Source of the DNA: Amoebidium appalachense
Lineage: Eukaryota > Protista > Ichthyosporea
Assembly: GCA_963693365.1 (NCBI GenBank)
Contig: CAVNZM010000015.1
Location: forward strand, 5,898,624 to 5,962,623
Length of the DNA: 64,000 bases
Direction: 5' to 3'
In this document: piece by piece, positions 48,908 through 62,120 of the stretch
How positions within the stretch are numbered: the stretch's first letter is position 1
Layout of the letters: every line of letters starts with the position of its first letter
Translations under genes and position numbers: made by a program
The notes under the pieces: model-generated
Told to the model about the DNA's origin: nothing
Databases searched by the model: none
The model's input: only the letters and a program-made list of their open reading frames with translations

Positions 48908-50098
48908 TCACTTAAGAATAGAGGCGAATACACGTGTGGTGGTGGCAGCAATGGAGGCCGGACGAAGTCGGGTATAGATCAGGAAGCAGTCGGAGGACCA
49001 CCGGCCGAGTTGTTTGATCCGGGAGTCGTCGACCCCGGCCTCAGCCAGTGCTGTGGCCCCCCCGATGCGGAGGCTGTGTCCGGCAAACCGGGAGGGTGAG
49101 AGGCCTGCCCGGGAGAGGAGGGCACGGAAATCGGCAGAGAAAGCACTCTTGGTGTAGGGGATGCCACCGAGATGAAGAGGGGGTCGTCGGGTGACCGGAC
49201 GTTGTATCCAGGAACTGCCGGAGGAGATGGGCTGGGGAGAAGTGGGTGAGGGGCAGGGCAGCTAGGGTGACGTTGACACCTCGGGCCTGTACATCCGTCT
49301 TAGAGGTTGGCAGGTGGAGGGTGGCATGGGACAAAGTACCGGTGGGGGTGTAGCTGAAGGTCACGTCCTTCCGTTTGACGTGACGGGACGGGGAAAGAAG
49401 TAGGGTCTTGGAGGAATTCCCTGAACGGAGGAGACCACAGAAACCGACGATGAGGGCCGTCCATAGCCGGAGATTGGCCGAGGAGGCCTTGGTGGGGCAC
49501 TGGCCATGGAGTAGGCGGAGGTGGGAGGGGAGGAGGGGTTCCCTGGTGGATGAGCGGGGTCGGATGTTGTGAGAAAGCTGCCATCGGCCCACCCCCCGTA
49601 GGAACCAGGCCAGAGACTTTCGTGGGGGTAGGGAGCAGGGAGGCCCATGTCGAGGTGGAGCCTGGGATGGCCGATGTAGCCGGTTAAGGAAGAGGCCTGT
49701 ACCCCTCGTTGGGCACACCAGGCGAGAAAAAGTTGCACGGTGTGTGGGGAGGCCGGGAGGGAGGACCCGGAGGAGGATTGCAGCCGAGATGCCACACAGA
49801 AATCGATGAACACTTTTTGCACCCGGGAGTAAAAGGCCCGAGAGTCGAGGTTGAGACTCAGGGCCTGGCATTCCTGCGGGGTAGTGGTGGCTCGAAGCAG
49901 CTCGGCCGGAGCAAAGTGGGGGGCCAATCTGCCAGTGTTGCTCCGGAACGGGAGATCTGGGGGGGGGGGGGGGGGGGGGTTAGCCCAAGGGAAGGGATAG
50001 GAACTCGTGGACCCAGGAGGAGGGGAAGGGGCAGGGCTCCGGTTGCAGGGAAGGTCGGAGTCGTCGGGCCCGGGGAAGTTGGTTACGAGAAATGGCAT
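48908..50098 (-). pseudogene. Tyrosine recombinase, copy 3, multiple small deletions/frameshifts
   Basis: Several short deletions clustered at 49170-49680 relative to the other copies (decay or local read error). Confidence 0.85.
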
Positions 50099-51635
50099 CG
50101 GCCAGATGGTTGAGGGGTCCTGGTAGGTAGGATGCCTGTAACGTAAATTGGTATTTCATTTCCATGCGGGTGATGAACCGAATAAGTTTGGCCATCACGG
50201 GGTGGGGGGAAGACCGGGAGTGCAGGTCAGACACAGCACCCGTGTTGTCGCATAAAATACGGACATGGTGGGTGGACCAGGAGGGGGCCCAGAGGGCCAC
50301 GGCGGCTGCGATGGCCAGGAGTTCGATGACGGAAGAACCGATTTTACCCTCATGAGCATAGAGGGCTTGGGTGGAGGGGGACCAGGGCATGAAGAACCAT
50401 TGGTCGAGCCAGTGGCCTCCTAGACCCACCGATCCGGCAGCATCAGTGGCCAGGGTGGTGTATGTGGGGGGTGTGATGAGGTGCACCCCATTCCATGATG
50501 TGAGGAACTGGTGCCATTCGGCTAGGTCGGCCCGGGCGGCAGCAGTCAGTCGTATGTGGTGGTGGCCGGCAAGGTGTGGGTGGGTCCGGAGAAGGGCCCA
50601 TAGGCGCTGGGAGAAGGCCCTCCCGGGGGGAACCAGCTGGGCACACCAGGTGAGTTTGCCGAGGAGGGACTGGAGGTCCCGAATGGTGATGGTGGGCTTT
50701 GGGTGGGAAGTGAGGTCGAGTAGGTCCGAGAGCTTGGAAGCCGGGATTCGTGCCTCCATGGCGATGGAGTCGAATTCGATACCGATGAAGACGACACGGG
50801 TGGCCGGGCCCTGCATCTTGTCTTCGGAGATGGCAATGTGCAGCTCTCGGCAGAGTTGCAGGAAGGTGGATAGGTGACGTTGGCACTGCTCTTGTGTGGG
50901 GGCGACTATAATCCAGTCGTCTACGTAGTGGCGGATGAGGGTAATACCGTGCTGGTGTGCCAGCCACTGTAGGGTGGCCGCGATCCGTTCCCAGATGGCT
51001 GGGCTAGATTTCAGGCCGAAGGGCAGTCTGGTTTCAACGTAAAAATGCCCTTGCCATTTGAATGCCATTAAGTGGTGGTCTTCCGGTCGGATGGGCATGT
51101 GCCGGAAGGCAGCCTGCACATCTGCCACGGCCATGTAGCAGCCGGGGCCTGCGTCGAGAATGAGTTGGGTGACATCCCGGGCGCGAATGTACTGAAGTTC
51201 GTCGGGGTAGGTGATGCTGTCATTGACACTGCTACCCCGGGGCCAGGAGAGGTGGTGGATTCGACGGTACTTGGGGGGGTTCCCTTTCTTGGTAACGGCG
51301 CCGATGGGGGAGGAACGGTGGACCGGAAATTCGTCAAAGAATTGGGCCGGGGAGAGGGGGCCGCGCAGGTGGCCGAGGGCGACTTCTTTGGCAATATCCA
51401 CCGTGATAGCGGCAGCTGCCTCCGGGGTGGTGGGTAGGTTGGGGCCCACCCGAGAGGTGGAGGGGCCGCGATAGCCGATGTCGACGCCGAATTCGACATC
51501 GTGGAGGAGTTGTGCGGCGAATGATTGGTCCGGGTAGGAGGCCAGCAGTTCCCGGAGGCGGGAGGTGTCAATGTGGTGCTGGGGCAGCGGGCGGGCCTCC
51601 GGGTCTGAGCCTCGGGGGAAGGGGGTGGTTAGCAA
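49980..51635 (-). CDS. RT/RNase H, Ngaro copy 3 (open, no upstream AUG)
   Basis: 551-aa open frame starting at TTG; YVDD. Confidence 0.93.
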   Translation of the reverse strand: MLTTPFPRGSDPEARPLPQHHIDTSRLRELLASYPDQSFAAQLLHDVEFGVDIGYRGPSTSRVGPNLPTTPEAAAAITVDIAKEVALGHLRGPLSPAQFFDEFPVHRSSPIGAVTKKGNPPKYRRIHHLSWPRGSSVNDSITYPDELQYIRARDVTQLILDAGPGCYMAVADVQAAFRHMPIRPEDHHLMAFKWQGHFYVETRLPFGLKSSPAIWERIAATLQWLAHQHGITLIRHYVDDWIIVAPTQEQCQRHLSTFLQLCRELHIAISEDKMQGPATRVVFIGIEFDSIAMEARIPASKLSDLLDLTSHPKPTITIRDLQSLLGKLTWCAQLVPPGRAFSQRLWALLRTHPHLAGHHHIRLTAAARADLAEWHQFLTSWNGVHLITPPTYTTLATDAAGSVGLGGHWLDQWFFMPWSPSTQALYAHEGKIGSSVIELLAIAAAVALWAPSWSTHHVRILCDNTGAVSDLHSRSSPHPVMAKLIRFITRMEMKYQFTLQASYLPGPLNHLADAISRNQLPRARRLRPSLQPEPCPFPSSWVHEFLSLPLG

Positions 51636-51666
51636 GGGTGGTGTACCCTTGGGGAGATCCCCGCAG

Positions 51667-51715
<49 letters not shown>

Positions 51716-52105
51716 CAGGGCCCCGGGGGGGTTAGAGTAGGGCAGCTGGGCCCAAGTGAGGGTTGGCAGGGAGGGCAGCGGGGCCCTGTGCAGGGGAATG
51801 TGCCCGAGCACGCGGGGGTGTGGGCGGACACAGAGGTAGAAGAAGGGGGGGAGGGAGTGCTAGGTGAGTGTAAGGGGGGGGGGGAGGCTCGTGGGATGGG
51901 GGGGGAGTAAAATTATGTGCAGTGGCCAGAATAAACGTCTTTGTGTAGGGACATTTATTCTTGACGCGCGCGGGCGCCGTAGTTGGCCTGCGAAATTTTG
52001 TACTCAGCCCTATTGGCCCGTTCTCCCGAGCTCCGTTTCCCTGTACTCGTGTGTCCTAGCTCCTAACCCCTATGTTCTAGCTGTGTGTGTGGGTGTGCGC
52101 GTAGA

Positions 52106-53277
52106 CTAGGCATTGTGCTTGCAGTCTTTGCGGGGGTGTGTGCCAGAGCAGAGCGGGCACACGTGGGAGAAGGGGCAGGGCTGCTTAGCGCAGGACCGAC
52201 CGTTAATGTGGAAATTCCTGCAGTGCGTCGCGGGTAGATCCACGGGTCGGGCCGGTTTTGCCGGGCCGGGTTGCGGGCCAGGGCGGTTAGGGGTTTGACC
52301 CCCGCCGGGCTTGTGGGGCGGCTTAAAGCCGTCAAGACCACAGCCGGGCTTGGGGTACATGGGGCAGGCCGCGCTGGGGTGGTCGGGGAAGCCACAGCGC
52401 TGACATGCGTCCGGGATGAGCAGAGTGGGTGGCAGGAGGAGATCCTGGTGGAGTTGGGCGAGCAGGTTGGGACATTCGATCGGAGCCCGGCCCTGCTGGT
52501 GGGCAACGGTGCGGGCGTATACGTCATAGTTGTGGATCTGGGCCCACGGGTATCGGGTGCTGAGGCGAGTGATGTGCTGAGTCCAAAGTACGTCTTTGTC
52601 CGTGGGGAGGCCGAGGTGGTGCTTGGCGGCCATGTAATGGGTCCAAGCTTGGATCCAAATGACGAGTGAACGCAGGGGAACGGGTTTGTCTTGGCGAAAA
52701 GTCTCGATGCTGCCGTCGTCGGCCATGCGCAGATGCTGACCTTTCTTGGATGGGGCCAGGAGGGCGGCGGGGGTGAACTTATACAGGTCGACGAAACGAT
52801 TGGCGCGCAAATCTGCCAGCACATCCGCGGGGGGAAGCGGGAGTGTGCCCGGCTGAATGTCGCCAGTGTTCTCACCTGTGATGGGGGGCGCGGGCAGGGC
52901 AGGTAGGTCTAGGTCAGGACCGAGATGCAGCCCCGGGGAAACCTCCCCGGGTGTGGAGGGCGCGGCGGGGGGGCGCGGGAGGGTCGCGGTTGGTGAGAGC
53001 AGCCAGGACGCCAGCCATCTGGGTGCTGATGGCGGTGAGGGCGGCCAGGACGGCGTCTTGAGAAGTCATCTGCGGGGACGGCGGGGCCTGAGGGGGGACT
53101 TCAGGAGTGGAGGGGAGAGTAGCCGGCGGGTCCGGGTCCGTGGTGGTATGGGCCGCTGGAGGCGCGTCAGTGTCCGCGGGAGCGTTGGTCAGCCTGTGGC
53201 GGAGGTCGCTGCGGGTCAGGCGCTTAGGTGCCGCGGCAGGGGCGGCGGCTGAGGCCTGGCGCTTTTTTCGGCGGCAT
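52106..53277 (-). pseudogene. Gag-like protein, copy 3, frameshifted at homopolymer runs
   Basis: Extra T near 53265 and extra G near 52970; C-terminal 238 aa open. Confidence 0.8.
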
Positions 53278-53951
53278 GCTGACCGGCGTAGGGAAAGATA
53301 GGGAGAATGAAAAGGAATATATAGCTGTAAGGCTGTGGATGCTAAACACAGAAGATGTGTTTGTAGCTTGCTGATCTGCTAAAAACTGTCGTGCTTATAT
53401 ACCTAAGCCTACCGATCTGAGCCAATCAAAAATCGATCTAGTGATATGTGAAATCTGATCCGAGCCAATCATAACTCGGTCTAGTGATCTGTGGTATCTG
53501 ATGTTTTGATTGGCTAATAGGTGCCCGTGTGCGGGCAGCCAACCGCTAACTGCTAAAACACGAAATGAAGCCTACCTGGTTATGTTGGTATCGAACACCC
53601 ATCCTACGTGTTTACCCAGAAAAATATTTATGTCAATAATTTCCACAAATAAAACCGAAACACTACGATGATACGTAACCCATACATACGACTTATCAAT
53701 ATCATCATTTCGATATCCATACGTTGTCTTTCGGACGGGAGCTAAAACACAATGATGGGGGGGGGGGGGGGGGGTTTGAATGCAGAATACGGTACGAAAT
53801 ACGCATACACGATGAGAAGCATGGTGCAGGACACATGCAAAGGCAAACATTCAAGCACGCAACATCAGCCATGTGCACAGTATGCGTCATAAGCAGAGCC
53901 CATCCTCAGGGAGGACGCAAGGGGGGGGGGGGGGGGGGGGTAGTTGTTTAC

Positions 53952-54560
53952 CTTGCTGATCTCTGATGGCCGAGCACCACCCTCGTAGTCAGGCATGTCA
54001 GCTCCATACTTCACAGCTGACCACGAAATCTGAGTGGCAGACTTGTGGGCCATTGGATCCCGCAGTCCGCACTCAAATGTGTGGAGCATGAAGCTGAAGA
54101 GCTCGGGCAACGCCTTTTGAAACTCCTGTGTGGGTGTTGGTGTGTGTGTTGCGTGTACGTACACGTAAGCATGTGTGTATGTGGTGATGAGGAAAGGGGG
54201 TATTCTCCATTAGCAGCAAATAAAACCGAATTCGACAATGAAAAATCTGAAATGACTTGAGGAAGTGGGAAGCTGAATGGATACTGGATAACCATGCATG
54301 TACCGTTTCTCTGAGTGATAAGGATTTGATGTCTTGTGTGGTTATGTGTTGGTGAATCGTACGTGGGACAACAGGGGGAGGTGGGAGGGAGGGAGTGGGA
54401 GTGAGTGTGTGTGTGTGGGGGGGGGGGGGGGGGGGGGGGGGTCACAGTGCATTAAGAATGAACCAACAAGGAAGAACAACAACATTAAACATGAATAAGC
54501 ATGTTAAAAAAAGCAGCATGAGAAGATTTCGTCTTTGATTGGGGTGTGGTGTGTGTGTGT

Positions 54561-54597
<37 letters not shown>

Positions 54598-54867
54598 ATG
54601 GGCACAAACGTTTAGTGTCTTGAAGCTGCTGAGGCGGTTCTTGATGTAGGAGCCGTTGATGGGGGACATGCACATGATGCGGTGAAGGGCGGGGTTGCCC
54701 CATGGGTTGCCCCTCACCGGATCGACGCTGTACATGCGGCCACAGGGATGGTTGTTGCACTCAACTTGAACCTCCACCAACCACCCCTCCCACGTCTTCT
54801 TGCGGCACCTAACCTGGTCTGCCAACTTGTCGGGGTCGGCGGCATTGACAGGGGCAACCTGGAACAT
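53952..54867 (-). CDS. Two in-frame exons of an unidentified protein, possibly a Kolobok/Mutator-like transposase N-terminal region
   Basis: Exons 54867-54610 and 54125-53952 with CACAG acceptors, GT donors and matching phase 0. EGWLVEVQVECNNH..MYSVDP....WGNPAL resembles the G..L.V...C...H...W.S.P....GN..L pattern. Confidence 0.45.
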
Positions 54868-55116
54868 CTGTGTTGGTGGGCATGGAGGCATTTGACAGCT
54901 TTTTGGAAGGGGGGGGGGGAGGGGGGAGGGGGGGGGATGGGAGGGGCTTTTGGTGTGTGTGTGTTTTTTTGTTTGTGTGGGTGGGGAAGTGAGTGAGTGA
55001 GTGTGTGTGTGTGTGTTTGGGGGGGGGGGGGGGGGGGGGGGTTAGAATGAATGAATAACACTAAATGCTAACATGTGAAACACGCGTACGTTGTGCTGAA
55101 AGACAAAAGCACAAAC

Positions 55117-55814
55117 TTATGAAGTCTAGAGAAGCAGAAAATAGCTTGAACGACTGGTGGAGGGGATGATAGCTATAGTGCTAACAGGAAAAGTAGTGCC
55201 CACAGTCGCTGGTTCATGAACGTGAAAAGGCAACGTGCATCTGCAGCCAGCAGAACACACGCACACGCACGCACACACACACACATAAACACACACGCAC
55301 ACAGACACAGACACAGACACAGATATAATCACAGGCACGGACACAGACCAGACAGACAAACGCCATATGCACAAAAGCAGGCAACACAAAACTAACCTTC
55401 AAACGGCCTTTCAGCCGTTAGGCGAAGATGCTTCAGCATGCAGCATGGTCGAAACCATTCAGCACGGTGGCTGCGCGACCTGCGGAGGGGACCTGTGACC
55501 AGGCGACCTGCGGGAAGGGAACTGCGACCAGGCGACCTGCGGGAAGGGACCTGCGGAACTGCGGACCTGCGGGAAGGGGGAAAAGAAATGGAGCAAACAA
55601 CGTGCGTACAGGCTTAAACGGACAAAAAATTGCAAACCGGATTGGGTTTAGCCAATCACTATTTGCTATTTGCTATAGTTCGGTTTAGTAACCGCCGCGC
55701 CTGATTAGGGAAAAGATAAAAATAGATTTCGGCTCGCGCGCGCGCGTGCATCAGCTTGGTGCCCTTAGCGGTGCCCTTAGTCACAACTATCAGACTATAG
55801 TTACGTGTCCTCCA
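55117..55814. repeat. Dispersed repeat block, copy 2 (see 2513-3194)
   Basis: Near-identical to 2513-3194. Confidence 0.9.
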
Positions 55815-56027
55815 CGTGACCCCAGTCTTCCGAGGTGGTGTCATAGGTGGGCGCCAACACCAATAAATTGACTGGTGACGGGTGTACAACCAAAGAAACT
55901 CAGCAGCACATATAATAACGTTGATGCTATACCCTGCCTAGTTGACGTAATAACTAGTGCACCATCGCACGCGTGACCCCCCCCCCCCCCCCCCCCTGGG
56001 GGGGTGTTTTTGCCACGCGGTACCCCT

Positions 56028-58710
56028 GATATTGTAGGTGTACACTGCCCCCACAACCCCAACTGTGTGCTGAATATCTCGTGCTAGGAAACCAATAACG
56101 CGAAAGTATCACATGCTGCATGATATATGATGTATATGGTACAAAGGGGGTTTCAATCCGGGCTACAATGTTGTGTTTTTTTCGGGTGACCCTCGTACTC
56201 CAGAGGCACACTCACCATCCCCCCCATAAACTTTGTGGTAAATTTCTCGTGCCAGAAGCTGTTCTGTGGGTAGTTATTGAAAAAACCAATAATGTGCAAG
56301 TAACATATGTACATATACTATGCTACAAGGGGGGTTCTATACGAGCTACAACGTTGTGTTTTTTTCGTGTGACCCTCGCACTCCAGGGGCACATTCCCCA
56401 TCCCCCCCATAAACTGTGTGGTAACTTTCTCGTGCTAGAAGCTGTTCTGTGGGTAGTTATTGAAAAAACCAATAATGTGTAAGCAACGCATGTACATATA
56501 CTATGCTACAAGGGGGGTTCTATTCGAGCTACAACGTTGTGTTTTTTTCGTGTGACCCTCGTACTCCAGGGGCACATTCCCCATCCCCCCCATAAACTGT
56601 GTGGTAAAGTTCTTGTGCTAGAGGCTGTTCTGTTGGTAGTTATTGAAAAAACCAAAAATGTCTACTGAGGTAACACATGGACATATACTATGCTACAAGG
56701 GGGGTTCTATTCGAGCTACAACGTTGTGTTTTTTTCGTGTGACCCTCGTACTCCAGGGGGCACATTCCCCATCCCCCCCATAAACTGTGTCGTAAATTTC
56801 TCGTGCTGGAAGCTGTTCTGTGGGTAGTTTTGGAAAAAACCAAAAATGTCTAGGTAACATATGTACATATACTATGCTACAAGGGGGGGTTCTATTCGAG
56901 CTACAACGTTGTGTTTTTTTTTGTGTGACCCTCGTACTCCAGGGGCACATTCCCCATCCCCCCCATAAACTGTGTGGTAAAGTTCTCGTGCTAGAAGCTG
57001 TTCTGTGGGTAGTTATTGAAAAAACCAATAATGTGTAAGCAACACATGTACATATTCTATGCTACAAGGGGGGTTCTATACGAGCTACAACGTTGTGTTT
57101 TTTTTTGTGTGACCCTCGTACTCCAGGGGCACATTCCCCATCCCCCCCATAAACGCTGTGGTAAATTTCTCGTGCTAGAAGCTGTTCTGTGGGTAGTTAT
57201 CGAAAAAAACCAATATTGTCTAGGTAACACATGTACATATACTATGCTACAAGGGGGGTTCTATACGAGCTACAACGTTGTGTTTTTTTCGTGTGACCCT
57301 CGTACTCCAGGGGCACATTCACCATCCCCCCCATAAACGTTGTGGTAAATTTCTCGTGCGAGAGGCTGTTCTGTGGGTAGTTATTGAAAACCCAATAATG
57401 TCTAGGTAACATATGTACATATTCTATGCTACAAGGGGGGTTCTATACGAGCTACAACGTTGTGTTTTTTTTTGTGTGACCCTCGTACTCCAGGGGCACA
57501 TTCCCCATCCCCCCCATAAACTGTGTGGTAAGGTTCTCGTGCTAGAAGCTGTTCTGTGGGTAGTTATTGAAAAAACCAATAATGTGTAAGCAACACATGT
57601 ACATATTCTATGCTACAAGGGGGGTTCTATACGAGCTACAACGTTGTGTTTTTTTTGTGTGACCCTCGTACTCCAGGGGCACATTCCCCATCCCCCCCAT
57701 AAACTCTGTGGTAAAGTTCTCGTGCTAGAGGCTGTTCTGTTGGTAGTTATTGAAAAAACCAAAAATGTCTACTGAGGTAACACATGGACATATACTATGC
57801 TACAAGGGGGGTTCTATACGAGCTACAACGTTGTGTTTTTTTCGTGTGACCCTCGTACTCCAGGGGCACATTCCCCATCCCCCCCATAAACTGTGTGGTA
57901 AAGTTCTCGTGCTAGAAGCTGTTCTGTGGGTAGTTATTGAAAAAACCAATAATGTGTAAGCAACACATGTACATATTCTATGCTACAAGGGGGGTTCTAT
58001 ACGAGCTACAACGTTGTGTTTTTTTTTGTGTGACCCTCGTACTCCAGGGGCACATTCCCCATCCCCCCCATAAACGCTGTGGTAAATTTCTCGTGCTAGA
58101 AGCTGTTCTGTGGGTAGTTATCGAAAAAACCAATATTGTCTAGGTAACACATGTACATATACTATGCTACAAGGGGGGTTCTATACGAGCTACAACGTTG
58201 TGTTTTTTTCGTGTGACCCTCGTACTCCAGGGGCACATTCACCATCCCCCCCATAAACGTTGTGGTAAATTTCTCGTGCGAGAGGCTGTTCTGTGGGTAG
58301 TTATTGAAAACCCAATAATGTCTAGGTAACATATGTACATATTCTATGCTACAAGGGGGTTCTATACGAGCTACAACGTTGTGTTTTTTTTGTGTGACCC
58401 TCGTACTCCAGGGGCACATTCCCCATCCCCCCCATAAACTGTGTGGTAAGGTTCTCGTGCTAGAAGCTGTTCTGTGGGTAGTTATTGAAAAAACCAATAA
58501 TGTGTAAGCAACACATGTACATATTCTATGCTACAAGGGGGTTCTATACGAGCTACAACGTTGTGTTTTTTGTGTGACCCTCGTACTCCAGGGGCACATT
58601 CCCCATCCCCCCCATAAACTCTGTGGTAAAGTTCTCGTTAGAGGCTGTTCTGTTGGTAGTTAGAAAAAACCAAAAATGTCTACTGAGTAACACAGACAAA
58701 CTATGCTACA
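56028..58710. repeat. ~184-bp tandem satellite array 2 (~14 units)
   Basis: Same unit and same lead-in (GGTGTACACTGCCCCCAC) as array 1. Confidence 0.95.
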
Positions 58711-58904
58711 ACCCCCAGGGGGGGGGGGGCGGGGGGGGAAAAAAAAAAAAAAGCCTCATTCATTTTTTGTGTAGTCTTAAAGAAAAAAACCCATAGTCAG
58801 TCCTACACTAAACCACCAGAGCCCGCAGCCGACAGCACAACAAGGGGCCAAAGAGGAAAGCACCGTGTGTGCAATGTGTGTTCTCTCTATGTGTGTGGGT
58901 GTGT

Positions 58905-58983
<79 letters not shown>

Positions 58984-59172
58984 GTGTGTGTGTGTGTCCC
59001 GTGTGCTGTGCGTGCGGTGTGTGAGGCACGCAGTGTGCGAGCAGTGGAGCAAGCAAGAGACACAAATGCGGGGGGGGGGTGTGTGTGTGTGTGGACAAAA
59101 AAGCCGAGGAAGGCGCACAAAGAGGGGGAAGGTAAAAATAAACGGAAAACAATAAAAAAGGACTCACCCCCG

Positions 59173-59239
<67 letters not shown>

Positions 59240-60918
59240 ACCCCCCCCCCCCGCAGCTAGGACACCGCAGACGCAGGAGCCCACCCACGCGACGGAGCAA
59301 CAGAGAAAAAACCCACACGACACGAGTTTGGGGGGGTAGGTATAGGGTAAGTGTATGTGGCCAAATGGATATGTAAAAATCATAGGCGGGCGAGTTATTG
59401 AAGTCTAGTGGGTGTGAAGAGATTAGATGTATTCAACTAATTGCATATGGTATTTAAACCATCCGTTAGAAGTTGAGGGTGCAGCAACATATCGTTGGAG
59501 TCTATTAATCAATGTATGCCAATTATAGACGTATGTCCGTCAGTTCGTGGACCTTAAATGGATACTGTAAACAATCCATCCGGCGGGGCAGACGTTAGTG
59601 ACAGTCTCAGTGGGGTGTCGTAAGAGCATTTACGATGTCGTACTAGGGGGTTCTATATGGATTGTAAACCCATATGACTCAGACAGTTTCGAGGGGTGCA
59701 GAGACATTGATGATGTCAAGGGCCCCATATATCTTCGACGTAATGTGCAGGTCGACATACAAGTGTATCGTGGACCTTCAAAGATACTTAACCATCCATC
59801 CGGCGGGGCAGACGTTAGTGACAGTCTCACGTGGGGTGTCGTAAGAGCAGTTAGATGTGTACTCTAGATAATTGAGGCAGTTAACCCATCCTTTTTCCGC
59901 GTGACAGTCTTCCGAGGGGGCAGACCATCTTAGATGTCGTCGAGTGTGCATGACATCCAGTGTACATCCAATGTATGGGGTTAGGAGTACAGATTGTTTG
60001 TGAACCCATCCATAGGTGTTAGGGTTTCTCCCAATAGTCCCATTCCCGGCGCCCATGGGTTAGACCCCGTCCCAGACCCCTTGCGCAATAGACCTCCATA
60101 TTTGCTTTTTTGTCAATGGTTACAGTACCAATACCCTCTATTGTCGATATCCCGCCGATATGAATATATTATCCAGTATATGTTACATCAATATCGCCAA
60201 TACATTAGAGTGCCATTACATTACCATTGCATCTATGAAAACTACTCCGGGACGTGTGTTGCCTCTAGGGGGACATCCCCTTGGACGAAAGTGAACCTGC
60301 AATGGTTGTAAACCACGGCAAGCCCCCAGTCATCAATTTATTGATCCGTGAGGTCCATGTGCCCAAAAAACGGGGGAAGTCTTCGCCCCGTGAAAAAACA
60401 GCACGTATGTGTGGATCAATGGGGGTTGTGTGTGGGTGTAGGTGGGTGGGTGAAAAGGAATATATAGCTGTAAGGCTGTGGATGCTAAACACAGAAGATG
60501 TGTTTGTAGCTTGCTGATCTGCTAAAAACTGTCGTGCTTATATACCTAAGCCTACCGATCTGAGCCAATCAAAAATCGATCTAGTGATATGTGAAATCTG
60601 ATCCGAGCCAATCATAACTCGGTCTAGTGATCTGTGGTATCTGATGTTTTGACTGGCTAATAGGTGCCCGTGTGCGGGCAGCCAACCGCTAACTGCTAAA
60701 ACACGAAATGAAGCCTACATGGTTATGTTGGTATCGAACACCCATCCTACGTGTTTTACCCAGAAAAAATATTTATGTCAATAATTTCCACAAATAAAAC
60801 CTCTATGAAAACTACTCCGGGACGTGTGTTGCCTCTAGGGGGACATCCCCTTGGACGAAAGTGAACCTGCAATGGTTGTAAACCACGGCACGAGAGCAGT
60901 ATGCTTGCTCCAAAGGTT

Positions 60919-62120
60919 TCACTTAAGAATAGAGGCGAATACACGTGTGGTGGTGGCAGCAATGGAGGCCGGACGAAGTCGGGTATAGATCAGGAAGCAG
61001 TCGGAGGACCACCGGCCGAGTTGTTTGATCCGGGAGTCGTCGACCCCGGCCTCAGCCAGTGCTGTGGCCCCCCCGATGCGGAGGCTGTGTCCGGCAAACC
61101 GGGAGGGTGAGAGGCCTGCCCGGGAGAGGAGGGCACGGAAATCGGCAGAGAAAGCACTCTTGGTGTAGGGGATGCCACCGAGACTGAAGAGGGGGTCGTC
61201 GGGTTGACCGGACGTTGTATCCAGGAACTGCCGGAGGAGATGGGCTGGGGAGAAGTGGGTGAGGGGCAGGGCAGCTAGGGTGACGTTGACACCTCGGGCC
61301 TGTACATCCGTCTTAGAGGTTGGCAGGTGGAGGGTGGCATGGGACAAAGTACCGGTGGGGGTGTAGCTGAAGGTCTCGTCCTTCCGTTTAACGTGACGGG
61401 ACGGGTCGAAAGAAGTCAGGGTCTTGGAGGTAAATTCCCCTGAACGGAGGAGACCACAGAAACCGACGATGAGGGCCGTCCATAGCCGGAGATTGGCCGA
61501 GGAGGCCTTGGTGGGGCACTGGCCATGGAGTAGGCGGAGGTGGGAGGGGAGGAGGGGTTCCCTGGTGGATGAGCGGGGTCGGATGTTGTGAGAAAGCTGC
61601 CATCGGCCTACCCCCCGTAGGAACCAGGCCAGAGACTTGTCGTGGGGGTAGGGAGCAGGGAGGCCCATGTCGAGGTGGAGCCTGGTGATGGCCGAATTGT
61701 AGCCGGTTAAGGAAGAGGCCTGTACCCCTCGTTGGGCACACCAGGCGAGAAAAAGTTGCACGGTGTGTGGGGAGGCCGGGAGGGAGGACCCGGAGGAGGA
61801 TTGCAGCCGAGATGCCACACAGAAATCGATGAACACTTTTTGCACCCGGGAGTAAAAGGCCCGAGAGTCGAGGTTGAGACTCAGGGCCTGGCATTCCTGC
61901 AGGGTAGTGGTGGCTCGAAGCAGCTCGGCCGGAGCAAAGTGGGGGGCCAATCTGCCAGTGTTGCTCCGGAACGGGAGATCTGGGGGGGGGGGGGGGGGGG
62001 GGGGTTAGCCCAAGGGAAGGGATAGGAACTCGTGGACCCAGGAGGGGAAGGGGCAGGGCTCTGGTTGCAGGGAAGGTCGGAGTCGTCGGGCCCGGGGAAG
62101 TTGGTTACGAGAAATGGCAT
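60919..62120 (-). CDS. Tyrosine recombinase, copy 4 (frame break only in poly-G 61982-62004)
   Basis: Catalytic motifs intact. Confidence 0.9.

Larger units (their letters stand above)
48221..53656 (-). mobile_element. Ngaro-type YR retrotransposon, copy 3
   Basis: Same termini and A/B split repeats as copies 1, 2 and 4. Confidence 0.95.

Noticed and set aside
59340-60231. TE arm or gene flanking Ngaro copy 4
   Set aside because: Only a ~35-bp internal duplication (59577/59797) is visible; no terminus or coding motif identified.
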